NCBI GenBank assembly: GCA_964036045.1
Contig: OZ038378.1
Span: 147,126,001-147,190,000, forward strand
DNA from: Eutreptiella sp. 'Long Island Sound 2002'
Lineage: Eukaryota; Protista; Euglenida
Direction of reading: 5' to 3'
Length of the DNA stretch: 64,000 bases
Shown here: positions 37,706 through 58,206 of the stretch, piece after piece
Numbering within the stretch: the stretch's first letter is position 1
How the letters are laid out: every line of letters begins with the position of its first letter
Program-made: the position numbers and the translations under genes
Notes under the pieces: generated by a model
Told to the model about the DNA's origin: nothing
Databases searched by the model: none
The model's input: only the letters and a program-made list of their open reading frames with translations

Positions 37706-38591
37706 AGGGACGGGGTGACATCAGTTGAAGTGGTGGGTTAGCCTGTGTCGTGGGGGCTATAATGCGTCAGGGGGGTAGACCCGTGGAAGGCCCATCAGCC
37801 GCGGGCCGGGGGCGGGGCCGGTCCCCTGTTCATGTGTGTTCGCGGATACGTCCCGGTGTAAAAGAGGATGCCGCCCGTTCGGGGGCGCGTGTGTCGGCCC
37901 AGCGCGGAGGTTAGAGGAACAGAAGGCGCAGCAAAGGAGGATATTGAGGGATGGGTGCGGAAGCATGGCAGTGCCTACACGCGCTTACATGCACTGTCCC
38001 GGGCACGGCATCACCCCCCATTGTACAGCTTGGGCACCCCAAGTGGGCACAAGAGGGACAACTGCATCCACATGTGCCCGGATGCCCAGAAACCAGATCG
38101 AAAGATGTGAACTCAAAATTCAATCCGCCCACAACTTCTGTAATGCGAACGGTGAACGCTCAGACGAAGACCTGAAATCTTATGACATCAGAGTCCGTCG
38201 GATGGTGGAAGGTACTCAAGACCAAAGCCTAATCCAGCCCTTCCGCCGCATCAGTGCGCCGCGCGCGCTTTCCTCTTGGGCTCCGGTGGCCTGATTCCCA
38301 TGGGGCGCGGGAGCGCGCGACCGCCCCCCAAAACCCCCGGAAACGGGCAGTACATTCTTGCAATCAGCGTGTCGACGAAACTCGGAGGATCGGGGGGAGC
38401 GAATGAGGGGGGGAGGGGGCGGGCGCCCAGGAAACTGGCATTGACCTCCGTTTCAAACAAAACAACTTCCAAAAGACCACAGGCCTCTGTCCCGGGCTTC
38501 TGTCGAGGCCCCGGCCCCCGGGGGCCCATTCCTCCGGCACCCCCGAAGAGCATGTCCCGGTGTGCCCGGCGGCCCGCACCACGTGCCCCAC

Positions 38592-47665
<9,074 letters not shown>

Positions 47666-47710
47666 GGCAATCAAGTGCGGGAGGGTGACGGTCGACACCG
47701 TTGAAAATCC

Positions 47711-47730
47711 TGGGAACAAGGCAGCAGCGG
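47711..47730 (-). promoter_or_regulatory. Candidate splice or trans-splice acceptor upstream of the MTRR ATG
   Basis: CTGCTGCCTTGTTCCCAG ends 45 nt before the ATG at 47665. Confidence 0.45.
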
Positions 47731-49397
47731 GTACAACGCCCCTTCCAACAGATCACAGCTGAAGGGAGCCCTGCTGATTGGAGGTCTCGTGTTTGTTGTT
47801 GTGTTGGCACACCCGGTCCCAAGTGAGCTCTGGAGCGACAGCTCGGTTCAAAGGGCACAGAAAATGAGAAGAAATGAAGTTGGCAAATGCACATTTCGTA
47901 TGAGGCTACACGGAACCTCGACTACAAGAATGCATCCGGTGGAATCCTTGGGGGTCGCCCCGGTGGAATCCCTGGCAGTCACCCTGGTGTAAAACCCGCC
48001 AGTCCCGACGGTTGCCCGGCGGAGGCCCCCATGGTCACCCTAGCGGAATGCGCACGAGAAAGATGCCGTGTGACACAACGAAATTTAGCTCCAATCAAGC
48101 CGGTGACATACGGAATCAAATGCACAGTCACATGTGGAATGCCATATTATAATGCATACCTCACTCCCTCTTGTGCAAAGAATGAGACGGTTTGCGAAAG
48201 CACAAGAGAAATGCTTCAGAATTTGGGACAGTGCAAGGAAAGTGTCCAACACCGGCGTAACCGGCGATGGTAATAGTATAAAACAGTGTGAATACAACAG
48301 CACCCAGCTGTCGCGATTGCCCATACCTGACGCAGACATGACCACGACTCAAGGGTGCTTAACCAGCCACTGATCGAACACGAGGTTTTCACTGCTCCCC
48401 ACGGCCCCTCAAGCTGGGATTGTCGCCTCACACATATTCAAGTGTGCAAGAGTTCTCCAGCTATGTACATACAGAGATGCTTTCGCTGGCACATTTGCGG
48501 CCTTCTCCTTCTGCACTGGATGTTGTGTAACTCTCCCTAATCCTAATGCTCTCTCCCTCGGAGACCTGACAACCTAAACTAACCGTGGTAAGAAAAGATC
48601 GCATGGCTGGCCAAGGTGGGGGCTTGCCCCACCTTGCCCTGCTTGTGCCTTGTGTGCGCTCAGGTGGGCGCTATGATGACCTCTTCCTCGGGGGCAGTGC
48701 GCAGCTTTGTGCACTTGCACCCAAGCCTTATATAAATAGTGGCGTAAGGCCATTTGACCAGTGACCAGCTCCTTGTATATTGGGCTGTAAATTTTTGTTT
48801 TTACCCCAACTTTTTCAACAAAATGTTTGCAAAAATGGATCCTTTTGATGATTCTTGTGACCCCTATTCGGATCCTCATGACCAAATCATGGGAAACATT
48901 TTTCTGCATGCCATAGGTGCTTTTGATCACCATATATCCTTTGCATATATGTTTTGGCATGTGCACGCCCTGCCCTGCACCGCCCTGCACTGCCCTGCAC
49001 CCTCCTGCACTGCACTCCAGGACTCCTGAACCACAGTCAATCACAGTATTTGCAGGCCCCTTGGGGGCACGATGATGGCCCACGGCCGCGCTTATAGCGC
49101 CACATAGTGCAATGTTCACCCCTCCCGGGCGAGCAGTCCCCAGGAGGTACACTCAGCAAAATAACATCAGCTGTACAGTACAAGGGGGGGGGGGGTCTGC
49201 CTCAGTCTTAGCCTCAGCCACTGCACCCCCCCCCTCCCAAAACCTCAGTTTTTATGGAAAACTTCGGTTTTGGCATGTGCACGCCCTGCCCTGCACCGCC
49301 CTGCACTGCCCTGCACCCTCCTGCACTGCACTCCAGGACTCCTGAACCACAGTCAATCACAGTATTTGCAGGCCCCTTGGGCAAAAATTTTTGACTG

Positions 49398-51176
49398 TCA
49401 CCCACCCATCCAGGCAGGGAGGGGGGCTGTGCACGGGCAGACCGCCTTGTCGCGGTCCGCAATTGCTCCCCACGCTGCCCACTGTGGCGAATGGACCCAC
49501 AGGCGCTCCTTGGCAGCCGCCTCGATCACCGCTGCTCTGCCCCCCCTCCCGTCCCACGCTCTACTGATGGAGTCCGCTGGGTTGAGCTCGGACTGCACCC
49601 AGCACAGGGTCACCTGCAGCCCCGTCCAGCGGAGACGGTGCGCAATCCTTCGTAGGATGCGCTGCTGCTGGACCCTGCCTGCCCCCGCCCTCCCCCAAAG
49701 CAGCTGGGCCAGCGCCCCCATGTTGTCCCCCACGAGCACGAGGCGCCGCGCTCGCCGCGCGTGCGCATCGTCCAGCGCCACCAGCGTCCCCCATAGCTCA
49801 GCCGCTTGCTGGGTTGTCACCCACGCTGGACATAGCGCCGGATCTGCCCCCCCCGGTCCCCAAGAGCCGACGCAGTAGGAGGGGTTAGCTCCTGTGGTCA
49901 GGGCATACCTGGCGGCGTCCACAAAGACGCGCACTGCCGGGCCAGCGCTCGTGGTGTCTGGCTCCCAGCCCCTGTAGCACTGGGCCATGGCCTCGCAGAG
50001 CCCGCGCACCACTGCCGGTGGTGTGCGCCAGGCCCAGCGTGGGCCCCAGCGCAGCCAGGACCGGGCACCCGCCAGAAAGCAACCCCCCAGGTTCCCTGGC
50101 CTCCCCAACCACCCGAGCTTCCCTAGTAGCCGCCTCAGGGCGACATAGGTGTATGGCTTAAGTGCCAGCTTTACCCATGCCGCCACCACTGCTGCCACCG
50201 CCGAAGCCGCCGGTGCCACCCTGCGCCCACGCAGATCTACATCCTTGCCCATCCACCGCAAGGAGCGCTGCGGTGTGCACACGGACTTCTCACTAATGAT
50301 GAAGCCCGCACGTCGGAGGAGGTGGGCCGCGCTGTCGGTGACCGCGGCCACTTCCCCCGGGTCATGTCCGACAAAAAGGATATCATCTAGGTACTGTACC
50401 ACCACCACCCCCCCCCCTCCCCAGATCCCCCAGCAGGTCCGAAATGAGGGCCTGAACCAGCCCAGGCGCCTGGTGCCAGCCAGCCAAAAGGCACCCGCAG
50501 AAAAGCGTACGTGCGCCCCTGGGCTGCCACCCGGATGGTGCTCGCCAGGGGGGGGGGAGCTCCACACTCCAATAGCAGTTTGCTATGTCCAGTTTGGTGC
50601 CCCACAGCCCCCCCCCCCCCCGGCCCTGCCCCCCCTTTTTCCCAGATCCCTGAGGAGGACCGCCAAGCCCTCCAGCGACGGGAGCTTAAATGGGCGGGCC
50701 TTGTACTTGCACCCCTTGTTGAACATCTTCATGTTCACAATGAGGGCGCATTTGCGCTCCGATTTCCACTTGACGAACACCTCCGCATTTGCATCCCCCC
50801 CCACCACGCTGACCAGGCCTTGGGACGCTAGGGTGGACAGGAGGGCCGCCACTCGTGGGCAGCGGGAGGGGGGGAGGGGATGGACACGCCCCCCCGCCCT
50901 GCCAAACTCGGGGTCAGCCCAGTCCTCCCACACGTGCGCCGGGACCGACACACGGCCCGCGTCGCCCAGCCCACGCGCAGCGAGCTCCACAGTGACGCGC
51001 GACTGGTCGTTAAGGCGCGTCGAGGATCCCCCATCGAGCGGGATCTCACCCCCCGCCAGGAGGTGCAGCGCCTCCTCAGCCAGCGCCAGGTCTGCGGCCG
51101 CCGCCCGCTCCTTCCACACTGGGCGATCCACAGCCCACTTGATAGACTCCGCCCACCACGCCTGCAGGAGGGATAG
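49398..51176 (-). pseudogene. Reverse transcriptase + RNase H of the YR element (frameshifted)
   Basis: VFVKWK..KCALIVNM..FN...PFKLPSL, KLDIANCYWSV, YAFLRVPFGW, YLDD, VFVDAA, AAELW, GDNM and WVQSELNPADSISR. Frame breaks occur in C/G runs (~50545-50625) and at a 4 bp duplication (~50475). Confidence 0.9.
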
Positions 51177-52643
51177 GACACTGTCAGCGGGGGGCCTTCA
51201 AGCTGCGTCCCATGTGGCGCGATGCTGCCTCCAGGTGGTCGTTCCAGTCGAGGCCGCACCTGGCGCACCGGGCAACCGCCAGCTGCATCTCCAGCCGCCC
51301 CGCTGCGCCGTCTCGCCGGCGCCCCTCCGGGTGCTTGGGTGCCTCTGGTGCTGGCTCGGGCCAGCGTGACCCGGGGCACCGTCGTGGAACGGGGAGCTGC
51401 TGCGGGTTGGCGGTCGGCTGCTCCAACAGCGGCGTGCTTGGGCTGGGGCTTCGGGGCGGGTGCAGCCCTCGTCGCCCGCGCTGCGGGTGCCGATCGGCCG
51501 CGGGCCACGGTTCGGTGCACATAGGCCCTGCGCTGGCTTTCGCGGGGGTGCCGAGCGGCCCTGCGTGCCACCGTGTCGGGCGACTCGTCACTAGAGGAGC
51601 CCAGTACGATGGTGTCCCGCATGTCGGAATCGCTACGCAGGTCGGCCCCTTGGCTGCCACGGTTCCCAGCGCGGACATCGGGTGGGGCCGGGGCGGCGTC
51701 CGTCCCGCCGGGGCCACGGGGCCCAAGCGTGCCGAGCGCCCAGAGCTGGTACGCGTGGACCGGCCGGATTTCGACGCCAAATCCCGCCGTGGGCCAGGGC
51801 ACGTTGTCGGGCAGGAAGAATTCCCACCCAGGGGGCGCGCTGGCGTACCTGTTGGCCTCCGCCTCGTTGTCCCATCGCCCAGCCACCGCGATGCTGGCGA
51901 TGGCGGCTCTGAACGCCCGCATGGCTCCTCCACGTCTCCAGGCGTGCCATCCCATGGATTCCCATCCCGTGGCAGCCAGCAAGCCATGGATCGCTGCCTG
52001 AAGGTCGAACGCGGCAGCCATGAGCGGCACCGATGCGGGCCTGCTGGAGACCCACGGGTGGGCTGCCATCGCCGCGCGCCATGCATCGGGCCATGCCCCC
52101 AGTCGTACTGTGACCCAGTCGTCGTCCTTTTTGTCATCGAAGAACCCCAACGTGCACCGCGTCCGGATGTCCACGGGTCGTACGCTGGCTGCTTCACCCA
52201 CCCTGAGGAGAGTGGCAAAGGAGATGACGGCAAGTCCCAGGCAGAACCTGTCGAGGGTGGTCCTGATGTTCCGGGCCATGAGCCGGAGGGTGACCAGCTC
52301 GGCCCACACTTGGGTTGGTCGTGGCGCGGCAGTGGTGGTCGCGGCGCCTCGTGCCATGAGCCAGTGTACGGGCCGCACAGTGGGTGGTTATGCAGCCCAG
52401 CTTCTCTGCCAGGCGGAGGGCGGATATGACGCCTCGCAGCGTCCCAGGCTGCTGGCCCATGGCGGCGCGCCTGACGAGGTACCGGGACAGTGCCCCCGCT
52501 GCGTCCAGCTCGGGCCAGTGCGCCGCGAACCGGCCCACATCCCTGAAGATCGCGGTCCAACGCTCCACGGTACCCGGGGACCACCGCCGGATGGCCAGCG
52601 CGAGGAGCTCCTCCATGTAATTGCCCCACCATAGGCTGTCCAC
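50828..52643 (-). pseudogene. Tyrosine recombinase of the YR element
   Basis: N-terminal helical domain (MEELLALAIRRWSPGTVERW...LRGVISALR), a +1 frameshift at ~52390, then LLRVGEA, WHAWRRGGA, GRW and ANRYA (R, H-x-x-R, W, Y catalytic pattern). The long C-terminal tail overlaps the RT start. Confidence 0.88.
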
Positions 52644-52789
52644 TGCCGACCCCGCGTATCGCAGGTTGAGCGCTCCGCCTCCCTCGTCATCGGCGCTCCC
52701 CTCGCTGGCGGGCCGCTCGCCGCCGTGGGCACTGGGCCCTTCAGCAGTTGGCCGGCGCTGGGGCCGGCCCGGCCGGAAAGGGCTGGGGG
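52343..52789. repeat. 447 bp direct duplication, copy D2 (copy D1 at 59308-59754)
   Basis: Constant offset of 6965 bp. Three substitutions were seen by eye. Confidence 0.95.
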
Positions 52790-53220
52790 ATCAATGGTCG
52801 GTTCTGATAGACTGAATGTCCCCGCCATAGACAATTCCAGCCATTAGTCCAGCAGTACTGCGAAATCCAATCAATGCACGTGTCCCCTTCTTGGTTGGGG
52901 TGCTCCACTATGTAAAATACAGCGAGGCGTTGCGGTTAGCTCCGTGGGTCACTTGTGTGCTTGTCCTTTGCTGCCGACTCTAGCGAACAACCTGGATCAA
53001 TATTAGCCTTCGTCCATAAATGTGGACTGCATTCACTGTGTCACATGCGAGCTGACTGGGTTGCAAAGCATGGCACTCATTCGGCCTTACCCCGTCTGTC
53101 GCTGTTTAGTTTCAAAGAGTGAAGGGAGTAACATACATTAAGGCTCAGAAATCAGAATGCGTTACAGATGCATGTGTGCCATGTGGCTGTGTGCTTATGG
53201 GATCATATTTCTGGTGAGGT

Positions 53221-53290
53221 GCCCCGTGCCTCAGTGGAAGCACCCTGGATTCCAGCGGCGCTGGTCCCAGGTTCGAGCCCCACTGCCCGA
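53221..53290 (+). pseudogene. tRNA-like module 3' of the LINE ORFs, opposite strand
   Basis: GTGCCTCAGTGGAAGCA...GGTTCGAGCCC gives A/B-box similarity, but there is no clean cloverleaf. Confidence 0.4.
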
Positions 53291-53579
53291 GCCGCGGAGG
53301 CTCGGGCAAGGGCAAGCAACGGGTGGGGTGGCAGCCACCCATCGGGCGTGGGCGGTGGCGGGACGCACTGCTGCAGGTGGCCGAGAACATTTTGCTAGTT
53401 GATGATGGTATATGTAACTAAAACAGCGCATTAAGAAAATGGACCAGGCCAATGTGAAAAAATAGATAGAAACGGGAGGGGCCCCAGTCCCCTGTCGGGC
53501 GAGGCCGGTGGGGGGGAGCACTGCTACAGGCCGGGTTCGAACCGGCGGTCTACGTGACGACATCCGACGATGTTAACCA

Positions 53580-54491
53580 CTATACCACACTGCCTCCCAT
53601 ATTGTCTTTGTAAGGGGAAAAATTCAAAACTTGCACAATCGAATCCAGCTCGGCGACAGTGGTCCTGCGCTGTCGCTTGGTGGGAGGGGTGTACGTGGGC
53701 ATGATGAAGTCCCGCGACGGGGTCTTAAGTACAGGGCATCTGGGATGGGAGAGCCTTCCCTGTTCAGCCAATCTATCAGCTTCGTTGTTCCCTAGAATGT
53801 CCACATGGGACGGCACTTTAATAAACTTGATGGAGCCTGTGTGTGTACTGAGGGTGTCCAGAAGAAGTTCCCAGAGAGGAACGTTAGAAAACGGACCGCT
53901 GCTTCCCGTCCATCCCCTGAGTTTCCACCGGCGCGCCGCGCCAGTGGCTCCCAGGAAGACGTACTCACTGTCTGTGCAAATAGCGACTTTACCAAAAGAG
54001 AGGATTTGCAATGCCCGAACCACGGCCAGGAGTTCTGCCGTGTTGTTTGTCTGCCGGAAGTGTACCGGGACATATGCAGAGATGCTGATGTCAGGGTGCG
54101 CGTAGATGCCATATCCTGCTACCCGGCCCACACCTTCCGTTTCGGCGGATGAGCCATCCGTGAAAACCAGGGTGTATCCGTCCGCGGAGAGGGTGTCAAA
54201 AATTCCTTCCAGCTCCGCCGCCCGTTGCTGTTTGCGCAGTCGGCGCGCCGTTTCTTTGCGTTGTTTTTTGCTGGGCGGGGGAGTGGGAGGTGTGACACGC
54301 AGATGGGGGTGTTGTAGCACTCCATCATGGAGTAGCGGCTGTAGCGCTCCGATGAAAAGATGCAGGTCATGATCAGAAATAGGGATGCTCGATGGACATG
54401 TAGCCCATAGTTTCAAGGTGGCAATCCAAATAGAAACAAAGCGGGACCAGGTAGCTGAATATTGTCGTTGGTATTTTTTCTTTTGGCGGAC
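53580..54491 (-). CDS. RNase H1-like domain, in frame with ORF2 after a single TAG
   Basis: FTDGS, QTNNTAEL, TDSEY, W..RGW....N..LW and VPSHVDILGNNEADRLA. The frame is open from 54491 to 53580. Confidence 0.9.
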   Translation of the reverse strand, partial: VRQKKKYQRQYSATWSRFVSIWIATLKLWATCPSSIPISDHDLHLFIGALQPLLHDGVLQHPHLRVTPPTPPPSKKQRKETARRLRKQQRAAELEGIFDTLSADGYTLVFTDGSSAETEGVGRVAGYGIYAHPDISISAYVPVHFRQTNNTAELLAVVRALQILSFGKVAICTDSEYVFLGATGAARRWKLRGWTGSSGPFSNVPLWELLLDTLSTHTGSIKFIKVPSHVDILGNNEADRLAEQGRLSHPRCPVLKTPSRDFIMPTYTPPTKRQRRTTVAELDSIVQVLNFSPYKDNMGGSVV

Positions 54492-57400
54492 CTACCAATT
54501 GGCGTATACCGCCGCCCAGGCCAGGAAGCCTGTCGGGCATTGAAAGGAAAACTGAAGGAAGGAGGAAAGCAGGGCGGTTGGACGTTCCTCTACAGTGGCC
54601 GTGGGAAAGCATTTGGTAATAGTGTCAAAAGCGACTTTGAGCAAGGAGCACTCCGTGCGTGCGTGGTCGATTGTCTCTAGCTCACCGTCAATTGGGCACC
54701 ACACGTCATCCGGTTTCCAATCTTTTTGCCGCTCCCCCACAGGGAGGCGGAGCCATAGCACCTGTCTGATGAAGTCTTTGTGGTGTGCAGGAAAGTTGAA
54801 AAGGTGAAAGGCCTTCCATACCTCAGGTGGTTGCCTTGGTGCCAGGGAGGTAGTGGAACAGAGGAACAAAGCCATGGATTTTGTGGTCCATCGAGACCAC
54901 CCATCCGCTCCCGGAACCGGGTGGAGGGGTGGGTTCGTGGGTGCCTGGCCGAGATTTGCGGAGTGATAATGAAACACTCCCTGCTGATAAATGCTGGCCC
55001 AAGTGGGTGCGATCTGCGAAATATGTGTGCTGTTGTTGATTAAATCTCCCACTGTAATGACCCCCTGCCGGATAAGCTGGGGGCAATAGTAGGTGAGGGA
55101 TGCTGACTGGGAAAACAGTCTGTTGTGCCAGAGTGGAGTGTCAGACGATAGTGCTTCAGGTCGGTTGAAAGTCACTTTGGCAGTGACGAGTGAATATGCT
55201 CGTGCGCTCCAAGCCAGATAAGGCATTTTGTGCCAAGCCACATTGCTCCCCATTTGAAAAGTGTGGAGCGTGGACGGGGAGACATTTATGCCATACTCAG
55301 TGGCAAAACGCTCATAAGGCTCGGTGACACATTTAGGAATGGCCTCGGCCTTGTAGACACGACGAATAAAGATAGTGGAAAATTGCCAAAGCAAGAAAGT
55401 GTCAGGGGGGGCCAGCTCGAGCCCCCCATGCTCTTTGCTGTGTGACAGGATGTCTAGTGTAATGCCCCAGTTGCTGAGCTTGAGGGCAACCCGATAAATT
55501 GTTTTGACCGCGGCGATGACATTGTTTGTAGGGTAGACAACACGAGACGGGTAGACCAAAAGTGGGAGAATCCAGCTTTGGAGGAGTTCCACCCTTTCAG
55601 CGAGTGAGAGGGACCACGACTGCATGGAAAACGCACGACCTGTGGCTTTTCTGAGTGCAGGTCCATAGGCCTCCTCCGCTGTGGTAGCCCCAAGGACAAT
55701 GCCCAGGTACTTGTATTTGTCGACTATTCTGAGGCCTGTGCTCAGGAGCTGAACCCTGTGTATGGGGTCCCAATGCCCCTTGAGCAGAATGTTGGACTTG
55801 TCCAGGTTTGTGTACAAACCTGTAACTGTTGAGAATTCCTGAACCCTGCTCCAGACCAAGAGGAACACCCTTGTCCCAGTGGTGGGGTCGCATTCAATTA
55901 TGATGATTAAGTCGTCTGCGTAGAGCAGAACTTGCACATGTTCTGACAAATCCATAAGTTTGTGGATGATTGGGGAAATGAGCATGGCAAATATAGTCGG
56001 TGAAAAGGGGCACCCCTGTCGTACACCCGAACGGGGGAGAATTTTGTGGTCTGTGTAAATGTGATCACGGACAAGGACACAGATTGGCGCTGTAAACAGC
56101 AGTAAACATAGGGAAATTAGACAGTCTGGCAATTGCATTAGATTAAGAAACGTGCGGGTATACTCATGAGAAACAGAATCAAAGGCCTTTTTGAAATCGA
56201 TGGGACAAAATAGGGCGTCCCCCGGGGAGTTCCAGGAGCCAAAAGTATGCCACAGATTCGTGAAAATGGACCGTCCCCTGATAAAACCTCGTTGCTGGAT
56301 AGGGGTGAGGGCATCAATGTAATCTTTGAGTTGCAGGGCAAGAATGGCTGCTACCCATTTGTGTGAAGTGTTTTGCAGCACCAAAGGCCGTAGATTGTGT
56401 ACTGAAGCGGTCCCAAGTCCTTTCGGAATGGGATTAAGAAGTGCCAAGGACCAATCATCGTTGAGTGTGTTGGAGTCCAGAATGCCCTTGTAAATGTCAA
56501 GCATAAGAGGGCAACAGAAATCCGAGAAGGCCTTGTAGATGGAAACCTGTACCCCATCAATTCCGAGTGCCGAGGTGCCGTTCAAGGACTCCAGCGCGGC
56601 GTGCACTAGGTCCAGTGACAGCGGTTGTATCAGCATTTTTGCCATCAATGCTGTGTTTTTGCCATGGAAAAATGTTTTGAGGTAAGGCTTCACCTCCATT
56701 TGTGATTTTCCGGAGGGGTTCATTGTTTGTTGCCAATAGGAAACAATTTCAGAGACCATGGACTCAGGGTCGGGCAGAAGCTGGCCGGACCTATTGCGCA
56801 AAGAGTATAGTTTTCGTTTGAATTGTAGTTGTTTGGTGAGTCGCCAGATTTCTTGGCGGCGGCGCCATGGTTGCAAATGATGTGGGTCGTGTAGGGTAGT
56901 TTTTAGCTTATCCAAAACCTGCTGCCCTGAACGGTCGGTGTCGGACCGTTCGGCCAGGGCTGTTAAAATTTGATAAGCCGCTTTGGCGGATGAGGGGGTG
57001 TACCCGTGATCCTTGAGGTAGCGCCAGGCCTCTTCCGAAAGGTGATGCGTAGGAGAGACCATCAAGAGAGATTGCAGTTCCGTGATGCCTGTGGCTCTGT
57101 TGGCCTTCTCATGGGAGAAAGCTGCAGTTTTGATACATTCCAAACCGTCCGCCCACTTGGAGTAACCTTCAGTGTTGATGGAGTGCAGTTCAGCCTGTAG
57201 TTGTTGGAGGGTGTCCTCCGAGGATAAGAAAGATGTAGGGATTCTGAGTCGCTTCCCTTGCTTGGTAGGCTTGGCCGACAGTGAGGCCATAACTGCCTTG
57301 TGGTCCGAATTGGCCACAAAACGGGTATAGCACTCTACCACGGAGTTTTGGAAATTCTCGTGAAGGAGAATTCTATCGATCCGTCGTCTCCTGTCAAGGA

Positions 57401-58202
57401 CGGGGGCGCACTCGTTTGCGGCTAGGTCGGGCCTAGCCGACGTAGTCGGCTTGGCCGGGGCAAAGCCCCATGTCCAGCCTTCTAAATCAAAATCGGAGTG
57501 TCTGCCACTGTGGAAACATGCATATGTGTCGATGAGCTGATGGTTCGTCATAAAATCAAGTTCCGCTTCACGGGCGGCGATGACAGTGGAGTGCTCAGAA
57601 GATAGATGCGGTGCAGAAATGTCCCTTGAGGGGACTGTGACCGAATTGTGGTCGGACAGATAGATGGTGTCTCCCGGGACGAGAGTGGGCGAGACTTGCG
57701 AGAGCAAGGTCCATTGGCGCTGCCTTTCGACTGCGTCATGATGAAAATGATAAACACAGAAATGGTGCTTGACCCCATCGGGGTCAGCCAGCTGAGCAAA
57801 AAGGTGGCGTTTTTCAATGGCATACGAATTCAGGAGTGTCCAGGTGTTGTGAAAAATCAGTGCCGATCCCCCTCTACCTTTGGGGCTCAGGTTGGAAAGG
57901 AGGACGAACCCCCAGTCCTTAAACCGTTCAGTAAGCTGCTCAAGGCATTGTTCATCCTTGATGTGCGCTTCCTGAAGCCCCATTACATGTACGGAGTTAC
58001 GATACAAAAAACGGCATATCTGGACCTGCCTATCTTCCGAAAAGTTGTCGCTGACGGGGACCTTGGTGGTCAGCCCGTTGGCGTTAAAAGTGGCTACCTT
58101 GGTGTGTGCTGCGGCATAAACCACTGGCTGTTGGTTGTCTCCTGTCGGACGCCCAACCGCTGGTGGTTGGTGGTGTGCTGGATTTTGTGAATGTGACGTC
58201 AT
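54492..58202 (-). CDS. LINE ORF2, 1236 aa: AP endonuclease, reverse transcriptase, C-terminal zinc finger
   Basis: TFNANGL, LQEAH, RIDRIL, SDHKAV (APE). PIPK..RPL, QRGF, IDFKKAFDSVSH, GVRQGCPFSP, YADDL (RT). CPIDGELETIDHARTEC (zf-RVT-like). Confidence 0.97.
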   Translation of the reverse strand: MTSHSQNPAHHQPPAVGRPTGDNQQPVVYAAAHTKVATFNANGLTTKVPVSDNFSEDRQVQICRFLYRNSVHVMGLQEAHIKDEQCLEQLTERFKDWGFVLLSNLSPKGRGGSALIFHNTWTLLNSYAIEKRHLFAQLADPDGVKHHFCVYHFHHDAVERQRQWTLLSQVSPTLVPGDTIYLSDHNSVTVPSRDISAPHLSSEHSTVIAAREAELDFMTNHQLIDTYACFHSGRHSDFDLEGWTWGFAPAKPTTSARPDLAANECAPVLDRRRRIDRILLHENFQNSVVECYTRFVANSDHKAVMASLSAKPTKQGKRLRIPTSFLSSEDTLQQLQAELHSINTEGYSKWADGLECIKTAAFSHEKANRATGITELQSLLMVSPTHHLSEEAWRYLKDHGYTPSSAKAAYQILTALAERSDTDRSGQQVLDKLKTTLHDPHHLQPWRRRQEIWRLTKQLQFKRKLYSLRNRSGQLLPDPESMVSEIVSYWQQTMNPSGKSQMEVKPYLKTFFHGKNTALMAKMLIQPLSLDLVHAALESLNGTSALGIDGVQVSIYKAFSDFCCPLMLDIYKGILDSNTLNDDWSLALLNPIPKGLGTASVHNLRPLVLQNTSHKWVAAILALQLKDYIDALTPIQQRGFIRGRSIFTNLWHTFGSWNSPGDALFCPIDFKKAFDSVSHEYTRTFLNLMQLPDCLISLCLLLFTAPICVLVRDHIYTDHKILPRSGVRQGCPFSPTIFAMLISPIIHKLMDLSEHVQVLLYADDLIIIIECDPTTGTRVFLLVWSRVQEFSTVTGLYTNLDKSNILLKGHWDPIHRVQLLSTGLRIVDKYKYLGIVLGATTAEEAYGPALRKATGRAFSMQSWSLSLAERVELLQSWILPLLVYPSRVVYPTNNVIAAVKTIYRVALKLSNWGITLDILSHSKEHGGLELAPPDTFLLWQFSTIFIRRVYKAEAIPKCVTEPYERFATEYGINVSPSTLHTFQMGSNVAWHKMPYLAWSARAYSLVTAKVTFNRPEALSSDTPLWHNRLFSQSASLTYYCPQLIRQGVITVGDLINNSTHISQIAPTWASIYQQGVFHYHSANLGQAPTNPPLHPVPGADGWSRWTTKSMALFLCSTTSLAPRQPPEVWKAFHLFNFPAHHKDFIRQVLWLRLPVGERQKDWKPDDVWCPIDGELETIDHARTECSLLKVAFDTITKCFPTATVEERPTALLSSFLQFSFQCPTGFLAWAAVYANW

Positions 58203-58206
58203 TAGG

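Noticed and set aside
33903-37741. CV/HT-repeat ORFs
   Set aside because: Translations of (CA)n/(TG)n microsatellites.
48574-49152. 192 aa ORF near the YR right end
   Set aside because: Crosses the element-flank junction and repeat B; no recognisable motif.
54492-54494. Stop-codon reassignment as the explanation for the in-frame TAG
   Set aside because: TAG appears to end the orphan gene at 1699, and no other in-frame stops occur in the long ORFs.
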